From positions 97,932,409-97,996,408 of the forward strand of contig NC_083413.1 of the NCBI RefSeq assembly GCF_020745735.1: 64,000 nucleotides of DNA, in the 5' to 3' direction. Below the pieces are notes generated by a model. That model ran no database searches. It worked only from the letters and a program-made list of their open reading frames with translations, and was not told the origin of the DNA. Origin of the DNA: Hemiscyllium ocellatum (taxonomy: Eukaryota). Shown here piece after piece: positions 1 through 12,544 of this stretch (positions are counted from its first letter, which is position 1; each line of letters opens with the position of its first letter). The translations under genes were made by a program, and so were the position numbers.

Positions 1-967
1 CCCTCAAAAAATTCCAGATATCTTCTCCCACTGCCCCGTAAGCCTGCCAAATGCTTTCAACTGATTCACACTATTTTTGTGGATCCTTATCTTTGTCAGG
101 GAGATTCATAGTCAGTGCCAAAATTTCCTGCGGTTTCCATGGCGTAAAAATTTCTAGGGTAGGAGGGTGACGAACCGCAGCGACAGGAGGGACAGCATTC
201 GGCTGGGCGGGGACTCTTACCCGTCCCGCTTGAGGGTTAGGAACAGTACGCATAGGGAACATGTGACCTGAGGGTTCCTCTATCTCTGAACTGTCATCGT
301 CAGCCTCCTCTGTCCAAGGGTAGGGCAATTGCTGTTCGGGTTCACACTGTGGTGGAGGCCGATATCCTTTTTTACCTGTGCTTGGGGTAAAACTCCTTTC
401 ACTACGTGCCTCCTGGGGTGCTGTACCCGATGGAGGGGGTTGGGGAGGAGATTCCACATTCGTAGAACTAATTCCCTTATCCTCCCATCCTGCACCCAGC
501 CTCAGGTCTGACAATGCCGTCTCCACCGCTTGGTTGGCCAACCGTTTGTTCTTATTAATATTTTCATCAAAATTTGCACATGCAACCTTGAGCTCATGGA
601 GGGTCAAAGGAAGCCCATCCTTAGTGACACTTAACCCCCTTTTTGTAGCATTATGTAACCAACTGTTGTAAACCTTCTGCTCGTGTTGTTGTTTAGCTTC
701 CTCTTTCTTTCTAAAGCATGCATCTCTTAGTTTAGCCATAATTTTCTTACCCTTCTTTCCCCCTGTTCCCTCTTTCCATACTAACTCCGTAGCTCTTTTT
801 ACAATCTCCAATTTCCACGTACCCCCTGCAGGCCATTCATCAGGTCCCAATTTTTCTGTTAGCCATCCTGACAATTTCCTGAGTGACTGTGCATCCTCAG
901 GATCTTCTGCGCAGACTGTTACAATTAATGATCCCGAATCCTCACATTTATCCATAAACTGTCCCAT
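1..967 (-). pseudogene. gag: ERV gag, 5' part (copy 1; runs off the window edge), with premature TAG at 71-73
   Basis: Identical to 49192-50158. Starts MGQ (myristoylation-type). The frame continues after the TAG as CESVESIWQAYGAVGEDIWNFLR. Confidence 0.95.
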
Positions 968-1482
968 AATATTCCCTAAACTTTCCCTAACCTTTTGTGA
1001 GTGTTGCGTTTATTAGATCCTGCTCAAGGGACTTTAAACCCTCTCACACATACGTACCTCGGTGCTTTTATGAGGACTCTAACCCCATGGGACTTTAAAC
1101 CCGTACGTATCTAAACAACTACTTGTGAGCGGTGCTTTTATGAGATCCTGCTCAAGGGACTTTAAACCCACTCACACATACGTACGTATCTAACTATTCT
1201 TACTTCTTACCGCGCTCCCAGCACCTTTTTATTCCTACCTTCTATAGCACTCCCAGTGCTTTTGTGGTGGTCCCTTTAAAAAGCTGTTCACTGGTTCGTT
1301 CTCGATCCCGTCCGGTAGCAGCTCCTGCTGCGGTGAGTTGGATCCAGGTCCGCCCCTGACTTGAGGAGACACTAGTCGCGAGTCCCAAACGGTATACTCA
1401 CGTCGTAGTTGGGCCCATGTCCACCTTGCCACAGCAAGACCGTGTCCTGTTCAACCGTCACCAGGAGCCGCCTTCCGTTGGG

Positions 1483-1500
1483 ATCCCACCGCTGCCACCA
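1483..1500 (-). promoter_or_regulatory. ERV primer-binding site, tRNA-Leu (copy 1)
   Basis: Minus strand TGGTGGCAGCGGTGGGAT, 3 nt from the LTR end; complementary to the vertebrate tRNA-Leu 3' end ATCCCACCGCTGCCA-CCA. Confidence 0.93.
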
Positions 1501-1503
1501 AAA

Positions 1504-2219
1504 TGTGAAAGCTCAGCCACGTTACCTGGCTTTCTGTGAACGCCTGTCCAAGAACAGAGAACCACCACTTAATTAATGCACTTCAACAGTACTGTTTTTA
1601 TTCAAGACTATCAGTATATGAATATACTAACAAGGCTTGGGAGAGAAAAGCCACTTAGACCACACTGGGTAATAAAGAGTGGATTCTCTCACCGTTGATA
1701 GGGAAAGTTGTAACATTTATACATAACTTCTCACGCAATACAGAGTCCCGTGTCATTAAGCTATCGCAAAGTATATTAATCAAAGTATACTTAATTGTAA
1801 GCTTACACATCAAAACATGCTCTAAATCTAACACACAGACACCAGCACCCATCTGGTTAAGATATTAACACTATCTTTAAAGTCAGACATTGACTCCCAT
1901 TATTTTTCTAACTCTTCAAAGCAACAGTCAAATCTCAGAGATGCTCTTTAAATGTAAACATTCAAACCTCATTAATGTGTTACAGCTAGACCGTAAGGCA
2001 CCAGTACTCCTCTGATGGCTGCCCTTTGACCTAGTGCTGGTACTATGTCATTCTCAGATCTGTGGGATTGGACATGTTTACCCAGCCTGTGCAAGTTGCT
2101 GTATTAGCAATTTGTTCGCTCAGGATGCTGGGCAATATAGCCAATGTGCTTCAGCCATTTTAGTTAACATTCTAAGCTCCATTTTCTATATGGTCACTAT
2201 ATCTATTTCCAACTTATCA
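1504..2219 (-). mobile_element. ERV 5' LTR (copy 1, 716 bp)
   Basis: TG...CA termini. Matches 50695-51410 at all 7 diagnostic sites and has the same ATAG flank at 2220-2223. Confidence 0.97.
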
Positions 2220-3255
2220 ATAGAGATGTACAACTTGGAAACAGATCTTTCAGTCTCACTTGCCCATGCTGACCAGCTATCCTAAACTAATCTAGTCCCA
2301 TTTGCCAGTACTTGGCCCATATCCCTCTTCTAAACCCTTCCTATTCTTATACACACTCAGATGCCTTTTAAATGTTGAAATTGCACCAGCCTCCACCACT
2401 TCCTCTGGCAGTTCGTTCCATACACACCATCCTCTGCATGAAAAAGTTACTCCTTAGGTACTTTCAACTTTTTCCCCTCTCACTCTAAACCTATACTCAC
2501 GAGTGTAGGTTTAGATGAGACTCCACCCATCTCAGGGAAAAAAACCTTGCCTATTCACTGTATCCATGCCTCTGATGATTTTATAAGCCTTTATAAAGTC
2601 ACCCCTCAGCCTCCAACGCTCCAGAGAAATCAACCCCAGCCTATTCAGCCTCTCCCTATATAACTCTACATGGCTGTGAATATGTATAAGCCTAGAGGAT
2701 TGGCTTCATAAATCATGTTGCATTTAATATAAATGTTGTTTTTTTAATTATCATTTAGTTTAAAATGGAGGACGGGTGCCTTTTCAATTTATGGTGTGTA
2801 TGGAAAGACCTGGAAAATAAACTACAACAAAAAAATGGACAAAATGTTATTGTACTACGGATCATCTCACCATATCATTCGTGTAAAAAATAATTCCCTG
2901 TTTTGACCGTGAAGTTAATAGAGTCTATTAATTAGTCCTGTGTTTGTAATAATTTTCATCTATCTGTCATTCTACATTTAGTTGTTGTAGTTAATGTGTG
3001 GATTACTGCACTTCTCTAAAAATTCAAAACAAAATAAAGTAAAACTGCAAATTAAATATTGCATCTAATTACGACAAAAAAAATAGCAATTTAATGACAT
3101 GAAATTGGAAAGGAATGTTGAAATATAGCCAGTTCTGAGGACTACAAGCGGTTGCAAGAGATCATTAATTAATTTACGGTATGTTCAAATAATTAGCAAA
3201 TGAAGATCCACACAGATAAAGGTAAGGTATTACATCTTGGTAGGAATAATGTGCA

Positions 3256-3943
3256 AGGAGAAAGTGAGGTCTGCAGATGCTGGAGATCAGAGCTGAAAAT
3301 GTGTTGCTGGAAAAGCGCAGCAGGTCAGGCAGCATCCAAGGAACAGGAAATTCGACGTTTCAGGCATAAGCCCTTCATCAGGAATGAGGAAAGTGTGTCC
3401 AGCAGGCTAAGATAAAAGGTAGGGAGGAGGGACTTGGGGGAGGGGTGATGGAGATGTGATAGGTGGAAGGAGGTCAAGATGAGGGTGATAAGCCGGAGTG
3501 GGGTGGGGGCGGAGAGGTTAGGAAGAAGATTGCAGGTTAGGAGGGCGGTGCTGAGTTCGAGGGATTCGACTGAGACAAGGTGGGGGGAGGGGAAATGAGG
3601 AAACTGGAGAAATCTGAGTTCATCCCTTGTGGTTGGAGGGTTCCCAGGCGGAAAATGAGGTGCTCTTCCTCCAATCGTCGTGTTGTTATGGTCTGGCGAT
3701 GGAGGAATCCAAGGACCTGCATGTCCTTGGTGGAGTGGGAGGGGGAGTTAAAGTGTTGAGCCACGGGGTGGTTGGGTTGGTTGGTCCGGGCGTCCCTGAG
3801 GTGTTCTCTGAAACGTTTCTCAAGTAGGTGGCCCGTCTCCCCAATATGGAGGAGGCCACATCGGGTGCAGCGGATGCAATAGATGATGTGTGTGGAGGTG
3901 CAGGTGAATTTGTGGCGGATATGGAAGGATCCCTTGGGGCCTT
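3256..3943 (-). mobile_element. 5'-truncated Penelope-like element (GIY-YIG endonuclease remnant plus pseudo-LTR) with 13-bp TSD
   Basis: ORF 3537-3962 reads IIYCIRCTRCGLLHIGETG...RFREH...HPVAQHFNS (Penelope GIY-YIG). Direct repeat GGAATAATGTGCA at 3243-3255 and 3944-3956. Confidence 0.9.
3350..3385 (-). ncRNA. Minimal type I hammerhead ribozyme core in the Penelope pseudo-LTR
   Basis: Minus strand ATTC-CTGATGA-A-GGGC TTAT GCCT-GAAA-CGTC-GAAT: CUGANGA/GAAA core, stem I ATTC/GAAT, palindromic ACGT stem III. Confidence 0.7.
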
Positions 3944-5709
3944 GGAATAATGTGCAGGTCACTTATTCAAAGATGCACGTCTAAGTGAGGGAGACAAACA
4001 AAGGGATTTCAGACAATTACATCAGTCACTAACAATTTCACCACAGGTTCCAAAGGCCATAAAAATGTAAACAAAGTACTAAGTTTTATCTCTAAAGGGA
4101 TAGATTCGAAAGTAGGGTCACTATAAAAATTTGGTTGACGATAATTAAGAGTATTGTTTGCAGTTCGAGTTGACATATTATAGAATGTATGAGACAGAGT
4201 GAAGAGATGATTTATGAGAATGCTCCACAAGTTTCTGGCTGTGTATATCCAGGAAGAATTGTTGTGCTGTTCACTTCTCTCTTGAAAAGAAGGCTGACAG
4301 TTCGAAAATTAAGAAAAGTTTTGAAAAGAGAAGGTACAAAGAAAACATTTCACTGTGGGATAGAATATAACTCGAGGCTGTCAATATAAGACGGTACCTC
4401 AAGAAGTCCAAAAGGGAATTCAGAGGAAACCTCTTCACTGAAAGAATGATGAGAATGGGGAATATGTGACCAGACGGAATAGTTGAAATCAATAGTTTAG
4501 ATGTATTTCAAGGAAACTAGGCGAGCACTTGGAAGGGATGGGAATAGAGAATTACAACGGGCGATTTAGATGAGGAAAGATGTGAAACACCTTGAGTGGA
4601 ACATAAGCACTGGCATGAACTGATTGTGCCAAATGGTCTGTTTTTCCTCTGTAATCCTACGTAGAAAATCACCATTGCATGAAACAAAAAGTGCATTATG
4701 AACATTTAGAAGAGTTATAAAGTTTCTCACAAAAAGTCTCAAGTATCCAGCATTGAATGTAAATGATTTTATCACATGGCCACACTTCACGATTTGCTTG
4801 ATAGCACTGAAACAGCAGTAATCACATTCCTCTTACTAGGAGTAGGAGTAACCCATCGTCCTTGCACCAATTGGGGGATCTTAATGACTTATTAATGGCC
4901 TCAGTAGGAGCTGCCAACCTGGTCCTGGGAATGTTGTGAACACTCTAGCCCTCACGGCTTCTTTCACTCACTTACTCTGATTTCCAGTTCCTGTAATGAT
5001 CACCACCATGGACAGGGGACTGTTCCAGTATGCAGATGGGATACCCTGTTGTGAGCCACAAGGTACTTCATTAGGAGGGACACCCTCCAGGTGTGTCACT
5101 AGGATGCAGGGGGAGGTCTCCCACACAATGGAGGACCTTACTGCTAATAAACTGCCAGCATTGGCGGGAACACACTCTACATTGACCACGTGAGTGGTCA
5201 TCCTTTCCCGAATTTGGGATCAATAACATACTAGGGAGGTGGAAACTCCTTCCTTCCCTTCTCACCTTCCACCCTATTATCCACCTAATGACCTTGCAGC
5301 CTGTCCCTAGAGGGCTGATAGAGCCCAGTCCCATTCCAATATTCAAGAACATGAAGAGCTGGCAACCTGGTCAAAATTGACAAAGCTTAACACAAACAGT
5401 CTTGGCCTGACCGTCAAACTCTAAAGTGTAACTTGAGATGAGTTCAATAAAAATGGCAGAAGTACAGAAACAACCACTTCCATCTGTCAGAAACACATGT
5501 CTATGAATGGGAACGGGTGGTCCGCTATTTGGAATGGAGCAGTGCATTTGAAAAGTGAATGAGGAGCAGCAATGTTTTGTGATGTACGTGTGCACAGTCT
5601 GAAGCTGTTTGCTGATTCAGTTTTGCTAAAGGTTTGGCAGATACATTCCAATGAGAATCAATTAAATCTGCCAAAGTGGATATTAATACTCACATTTATG
5701 AGATGCTTT

Positions 5710-6473
5710 AACATAGAACATAGAAAAATACAACACAGAACAGGCCCTTTGGCCCATGACAGTGTGCCGAGGTCTAATCCTAATGTAAAATATAACAACC
5801 TACACACCCCTCAACTCACTGCTAAACATGTGCATGTCCAGCAGTCACTTAAATGTCCCTAATGACTCTGCTTCCACCACCACCGCTGGCAATGTATTCC
5901 ATGCATTCACAACACTCTGCATAAAGAACCTACTCTAATATCTCCTCTATACCTTTCTCCTAATATCTTAAAACTATGACCCCCTCGTACCAGTCAATCC
6001 TGCCCTGGGGAAAATTCTCTAGCTATTGACTTTATCTATTCCTCTCATTATTTTGTATACCTCAATCAGGTCTCCTCTCTTCTTCCTTCTCCAGAGAGAA
6101 AAGTCTGAGCTTATTCAACCTTTCTTCATAAGGCAAGCCCTCCAGTTCAGGCAGCATCCTGGCAAACCTTCTTTGCACCCTCTCCAAAGCCTCTATCTAT
6201 TTCTTATAGCAGGGTGACCAGAACTGGACACAATTTTCCAGGTGTGGTCTCACCAGGGACTTGTAGAGCTGTAGCAAAACCTCGCTGCTCTCAAACTCGA
6301 TTCCCCTGTAAATGAAAGCCTAAACACCATATGCTTTCTTAACAACCCTATCCACTTGGGTGGCAACTTTGAGGGATCTATGTACTTGCACACCCAGATC
6401 CCTCTGTTCCTCCACACTGCCAAGAATCCTGCCTTTAACCCTATATTCAGCATTCGAGTTTGACCTTCCAACC
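5710..6473 (-). mobile_element. CR1 LINE 3' fragment
   Basis: ORF 6320-6598 EYRVKGRILGSVEEQRDLGVQVHRSLKVATQVDRVVKKAYG is CR1 ORF2-like; acatagaacatagaa tail. Confidence 0.8.
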
Positions 6474-9400
6474 TGGAAAAGGATGCACCGAACGCCAAAC
6501 AGGAGAAGGTTGTTGGCATGTATCGAAGAGTTAGGACCAATGACATGAAGCTGGCTTTTAAGCAAGCTTTCAAAGTGAGAATGAGTACCAGAGGGCATGT
6601 AAGGAAGTTTATCAGTAAAGTACAGCTAATTCAGGGGACTTGACCATACTCATGGACAAAAGCAATCAGAGACCCAAAGAACAGAGTGTGTATATAAGGG
6701 GTACAAGAGACAGCGTGAAACAAGGCCTTGAAGAATTTAGAGATAGACATAAGTTTAAACTCAATACATTCGATGATAAAGAGCCAGTTAAGATCTCAGT
6801 CCTTTCTCTATAAGCACAAGTTTAAGTTGACCAGTCTTGTCCAGGCCAGCATTAAATGGGATGTTTATTTGCACTGTGCACACCTCATGATTTCACAAGA
6901 TATCTCAGTTTTGTAAATGCAATAGAATGCATTATCCACCGTTTCAGCAATTCATTAAATAGAAGTTGACAGAAATAAACAACTTTCCAAAGCTGTCTTT
7001 CAACAGCCAGACTGATACAATATTCAAAAAGGATCTGCATGTACAAAGTGGGCTTGTCAGGGGGTTTAATCATTTCACATTCGAAAACTAGATTCCATTT
7101 TAATTATATCAGCTGGATGTTGGATGCTCCATCAACAAAAGGTTCCCATATTCAAACGGTTATTTGCAAATATAGTAATTGGATATTGCTATAAAATAGG
7201 ACATGCTTTTTTTTTGTCTTGCATACACCAGGATAGCTGCAAAGATTTTGATATTAAGGGAAACAACATTTTACACTGAACAAGAAAAGAATTCTGATGC
7301 TTTGGAAAGTGCACAATAATTGATCAAGATGTCCCCAATGGAAATGGACTGGTCAGATGGTGACAGACAGTTAACAGCTAAACTTTGTTAAGTTTACAAT
7401 TGGCAGGTTGCCTGAGTGGTCAAGGTATTGCCCTGCCAAATGAGTCCGAGAATGGCCATCACCAATTTAGTCGAATCACAACAAGCATTGGCTGTTAACT
7501 GCCAATCATCACCTGGTCCATTCTCCATGCCTTTACCAATCAGCACTCATTACCCAGACAGATTAAATGCTTTCTCCCTTCCCATTGGTATTCTTGAGAG
7601 TGTCCTGATAAGTACAATACTAAAGACTTAAATAAAAAAACACTTTATTTCCATCAATACTCAAATGTCCATGCTGCCCCAGCTGGCAGAGGGGAAACAT
7701 CACTACAATGTATCAGGCCGACAATGAACTGGTAAAGTTCTGCACTGGCCTCAGAGGGAAACCAGCAACAATGTCCTTGTGGAGACATTACTTTACCTTT
7801 GATCCTATACAGCAACAATTTCAAAGCCATTGAGGAACAGGAATAAATAGAAACAAACTACATGCACATACACACAGCATACTGTTATGTAAAGTAATAG
7901 AGAGAAATGCTGCACGAACAGGAAAATTAATTGTTATTCTGAATAGTGAATATGGCACCAAAAACACCCTTGTGATAATGACAGTTGGAAAATCTGCCCA
8001 CATTGGTTTGCAGCAGTTGAAGAGTTGCTCATTCTGTTCTGGGCCCCACTCAGTTCCTGCACCAGTATGTGACCATAGATTCAGATTGTTTTTAAAGGCA
8101 GATATCAATATGCAGTTGCACAGTGGCAGGAGTACAGCTATCCTATGGACAGCACTAAAGAGATCTCACACACATTGGCTCTTTAATAAAGAAATGGGGC
8201 AAACCTCAGAGATAGGGAAATGTAAATAAATGAACCACTAACAAGATTTCATCCAATTCGATAGTAACTGATACCTGATCACCAAATTCAGCTGCCACTT
8301 GAAAGGATGCAAGAAGCCCCAAAAGGAGATACTCCACATTTCACTTGATTCTGTGTCACATTATCGCAAGAGAGCTTTGTAGTTGCCTTTTAGCAGACAT
8401 TATTTTTATCCATAAACCACATCGGTTTATCAGAGAAGCATTGGTTCCAATCATAGATCAGAACTGAATAGTGCAGAACCACATCATAACCCATCTTGAG
8501 AAGCTGTGTCAGTGGGTGCATGGGTTTGCAGTGCCTCTGTGTTCTGAGCTTCGGCCCCAATCTCTCTCTGTTCCCTAGTTTTTCTGCTAAGTTGCGGTTC
8601 CAGTCAGTTTGTATTTCATCATTGTCCCAGATTATAGAGGGTTCCGTATCAGTGAGTTCACCAGGATAGCCCGTTGGGTAAATCAGCAGTGGCTCCACTG
8701 AAAAGGCTTTTAAATCCTGAGGCTCATAGAACAGCTTTTAGTTATCCCTATTAATTGACCTATTAACAATTAACAACGTTATATTTGATCTGCTTTATTT
8801 CTCATTACTGACTGCAATGAATTTACTTCATGGGATACAGAAACTCACCAATGTGAGTAAAAACCTCTTAAACTTTGGGCAAAATCCAGGCTATTGACTA
8901 AAGAGAATAAACTCCATACAATAATGCAACAAAGGAAAGCAAATTGAAGTCAAATGATGCACAGGTTTGATGAAGAGCAAAACCCCCTCTACCCCAGCAG
9001 GAAGGCAAGTAGAAAAGTTGTGCATTTATGTAACATCTTAATGCAATCTCAGAGTATCCTAAACATCTCTTTCCAGATCTCTGAAACAAGTGCAGAACCC
9101 CTGGGGCCACTGTCAACTACATGCTATCAAACCCATGGAATCATAGACGGAAATATCAGCATGTGCCCATGTAACAGTTTAAAATGTGTGTTTAATACCT
9201 TCGCTCGAGTAACTCGCAAAATTGTTTCGCGGTATGAACAATAAATGGGAATAGGTCACTTGGCCCTTCGAGCCTGGTCCACTATTCAATAAGATCCTGA
9301 CTGACCCGATTTTAATAAGCTTATAAAACATTCAGCTGACAATATCCCACTTTAGCTTCTCTTATTCTATCATTTTAGTATATTCTACTACATATCTATT

Positions 9401-9944
9401 CTAATCTGGAGAATAATTCTCCTGCTGTTAATCACTGATCCACACTGTACTGCTCTCCTCATGCACTGTTCTTTTCCTCAGCCTATCCTTTAGACAAGAT
9501 AAAATACATTGGAACAGACTCCACCGTTTGCTGGTACTTGACACAATGAGAACGATTGAAATATTTCAATACACTCCTTTGGTGGAAAATATAATTTGTT
9601 TTAATCATTTAAAACTGGTTCAATTTATTTTATATTTGCATTGAATGGTATATTAGTTTGATCCAGATGTTAGTACAAAGTGAAATATTACAGCACTGAG
9701 CTTTGTCTCTTCTCATTTGATGGAAGTTGGGAAGGAGTGTTTTCTTACAGCAGAGAGTGAAACATGAACAACCAAGTTGAGTAATAATACATGCAGGTTC
9801 TGACAAAGCTAATTTTCAATCAGAGATGTTCTATACAACAACTGAAGTACTTTTGATCATGGAGTCACATGTCAGAAATGTGATATCTAATTTGTGTCCC
9901 ATGAGAAAAGCAGGAAGGAGATGATGACCAGATCATCTGCTCAT

Positions 9945-10150
9945 CGGGATTGAGCGATAAGTATTGGCCGGGATATAATCTCCTCACTTTCATTCAAAAT
10001 AATAAGGGTCCCTTTAGAGGGCAGAGTGGCTTTGGTTTAATGCCTCATATACATCTGATGTATAGGATTATCTCAGCACTGCACTGCTGTGGCAGCATCA
10101 ATTAGTCTATTCTAAACCCGATGGTAGATCTTGAACCCTCCGACTCAAAG
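9945..10150 (+). mobile_element. Ancient Deu-domain SINE-like remnant
   Basis: gataagtattggccggga...gagggcagagtggctttggtttaatgcctcat...tcagcactgcactg resembles the DeuSINE core from memory; not searched. Confidence 0.45.
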
Positions 10151-11781
10151 ATCAGCACAATAGTCAGTGACACCTGAGCAACACCCAATACTCTGACAGG
10201 CGGCTTATTATTTACATCCCCAGGGATTAATGAAGCAATTCAGGGAAATTGCATTGATTCTGTATGAGATACAAAACAGTCCTCAAAGGGGAGAATGATA
10301 GTCTCCCTAGCCCTAGATCAGTAGGCTTAAGTTCCTAGATTAGACTTAGTAGGTTTAAATTCCTGTCCTACCTATTCCAGAGGCGTGTCATACATCGCTG
10401 AACATTTTAATGTTAAAAAAGGAAAGCCTCTTCAACCAATGGGCTGTTGTCATTTGGAAAGTGCTAATTAGGAATCAGCACTTTGAGTCACCTTTGCTGA
10501 TTCCCTGTGTGTTATACGGGAGTCAGTAATTTCTATCAGTGTCCACCGTTACAGCTACAAAAAGTCCTCTAATATCTCTCCTCAATGGGTCATTCTTCCC
10601 TTTTGAATATGGGCAGTGAGCACTCCGTCCTATCTCTTCCTTAGCAACAAATGGCTGCCATGCTTCCAGCCTGCTGTCAGCAAGAGGTTAACTTGCACTG
10701 TCAAAGTGTGGCAATACTGAGAATAACCCTCCCCATTATGACCCAGGCTAAGATCACAAGATGCAGCACAAGTCAGTGTTTGTGTCCAGAATTAGATAAC
10801 CAGGAAGGATGTTCTCCACGGCTGGGGAGCCCAGAACCAGGGCTCACGGTCTACGGATACTGGCTCGGGCATGTTGGACTGAGATGAGGAAACCTTTCTT
10901 CACCCTGACAGTGGTGACTCTTTGGAATTCACTGTCATAGAAATTGATTGAGCCCAAAATGTAATAGTTTCTTTTTCGGACTAAAGGGATCAAAGCTTAC
11001 AGAAAGAATGGTGGAACAGGGTGCTGAGTTGGACAATCAGCCATTGTCATTTTGAACAGCAGCGCATGCTTAAGGGGCTGAATGGCTCACTGTTCCACCC
11101 ATTTTTGTGACCATTCTGTGGCTTGAAGAGATGTGTTGTGTTCAAAAGCTATTTTGATAGGGAAAAAAAAAGAGAATGTGTTACTGTTTACAACACAGAG
11201 TGACGAAACAATTTCAGATGATTGTGAATTGGTCTCCTCAAATTACATTGATCAATGAGGAAGTTCTGGAAAATTGGGATAAACCACTGAGTTACCAGCC
11301 AGTTGAAAATCGAAGTGACTTGAAAGACTCAGTATAATCACATGGGGAGATATGTGGAAATAACCTGGGAATTACTAACCTAACTACACATAATATTGAT
11401 TGAGGAAATGCTGTTCTAATCAAACAACATCCTACAGACTTAACCTTTGGAGGTTAGCACAGATTCAGAAAGAGACTGAACACATGCTGAAAGACAATAT
11501 AATCAAAATCAGTCGTATGAATAGAGCTCACCTACATCAGTGGTACCACAGCCAGGTAATATCCAATGATTATATGTGGACCTATGCAAAATCCATGCAG
11601 TTACTAAATCTGATACATGTCCTAAATCAAGTTTGGAAGATCATATTGAGAAGATGGGACAAGCAACTTATATTTCTCAATACGACTTACTCAAAGGATG
11701 CTGGCAGCTACTTTTATTCAAAAAGGTGAAGACAATTTCAGCCTTCGTGACACCAAAATGCGCTGTACCAGTTTACAGACA

Positions 11782-12083
11782 TAGATTAGATTAGATTACT
11801 TACAGTGTGGAAACAGACCCTTCGGCCCAGCAAGTCCACACCGACCCGCCGAAGCACAACCCACCCATACCCTAACCTAACACTACCAGCAATTTAGCAT
11901 GGCCAATTCACCTGACCTGCACATCTTTGGACTGTGGGAGGAAGCCGGAGCACCGGAGGAAACCCACGCAGACACGGGTAGAACGTGCAAACTCCACACA
12001 GCCAGTCACCTGAGTTGGAAATTGAACCCAGGTCTCTGGCGCTGTGAGGCAGCAGTGCTAACCACTGTGCCACCGTGCCGCCC
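11782..12083 (-). mobile_element. tRNA-derived shark SINE (HE1-like) inserted in the Gypsy RT
   Basis: Minus strand head gggcggcacggtggcacagtggttagcactgctgcctcacagcgccagagacctgggttcaatt; (tctaa)n tail. Confidence 0.85.
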
Positions 12084-12365
12084 ATGTCATGTGGTATAAA
12101 GAATATGCCAGCTACATTTCAAAGACTAACCAATGAAGTAATTTCTTCATTACCCAATTGCGTGGTACACATTGATGACCTGATTTTTAGTCACACATGG
12201 AAGAAAAATTTGCAGAATTTCTCAAAGTTATTCATTCGACTTTGGGAGGCAGGCTTGGTGATAAACCTGGCTGACAGCGAATTCAAGGAAACACAAATCA
12301 CTCTCCTGGGCCATGTTATTGAACATGGCCAGATGGCCCCATCCACCAAAACAGCAGTACGACTA

Positions 12366-12544
12366 CAAAACAATCTTGATTATCCAAATGAGATGGGTGG
12401 GGATAACTAATTGTTCGGATAACTGATTGTTCAGATAATGCATTGCTCAGATAACTGATCTGATTGCAAACAAAGGACCTTGAGATCTTGTTTGGATAAT
12501 CTGAAATTTGGATAATTGACATTCGGATAACAGGGGTTGTTCTG
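12366..12544. mobile_element. Small Tc1/pogo-type MITE-like element
   Basis: Imperfect terminal inverted repeats (caaaacaatcttgattatccaaat vs reverse complement cagaacaacccctgttatccgaat), internal ggataa repeats, TA at the left flank. Confidence 0.45.

Larger units (their letters stand above)
3180..4660 (+). mobile_element. Degenerate CR1-type LINE 3' fragment, interrupted by a Penelope insertion
   Basis: KGKVLHLGRNNVQ remnant resembles the CR1 RT C-terminus; CR1-like 3' region to about 4660. Boundaries approximate. Confidence 0.6.

Noticed and set aside
7821-8698. Minus-strand ORFs 7821-8108 and 8390-8698 as exons of a host gene (both contain KPMW)
   Set aside because: No recognisable domain or convincing splice pattern; the neighbouring Ig-like YWC frame has stops.
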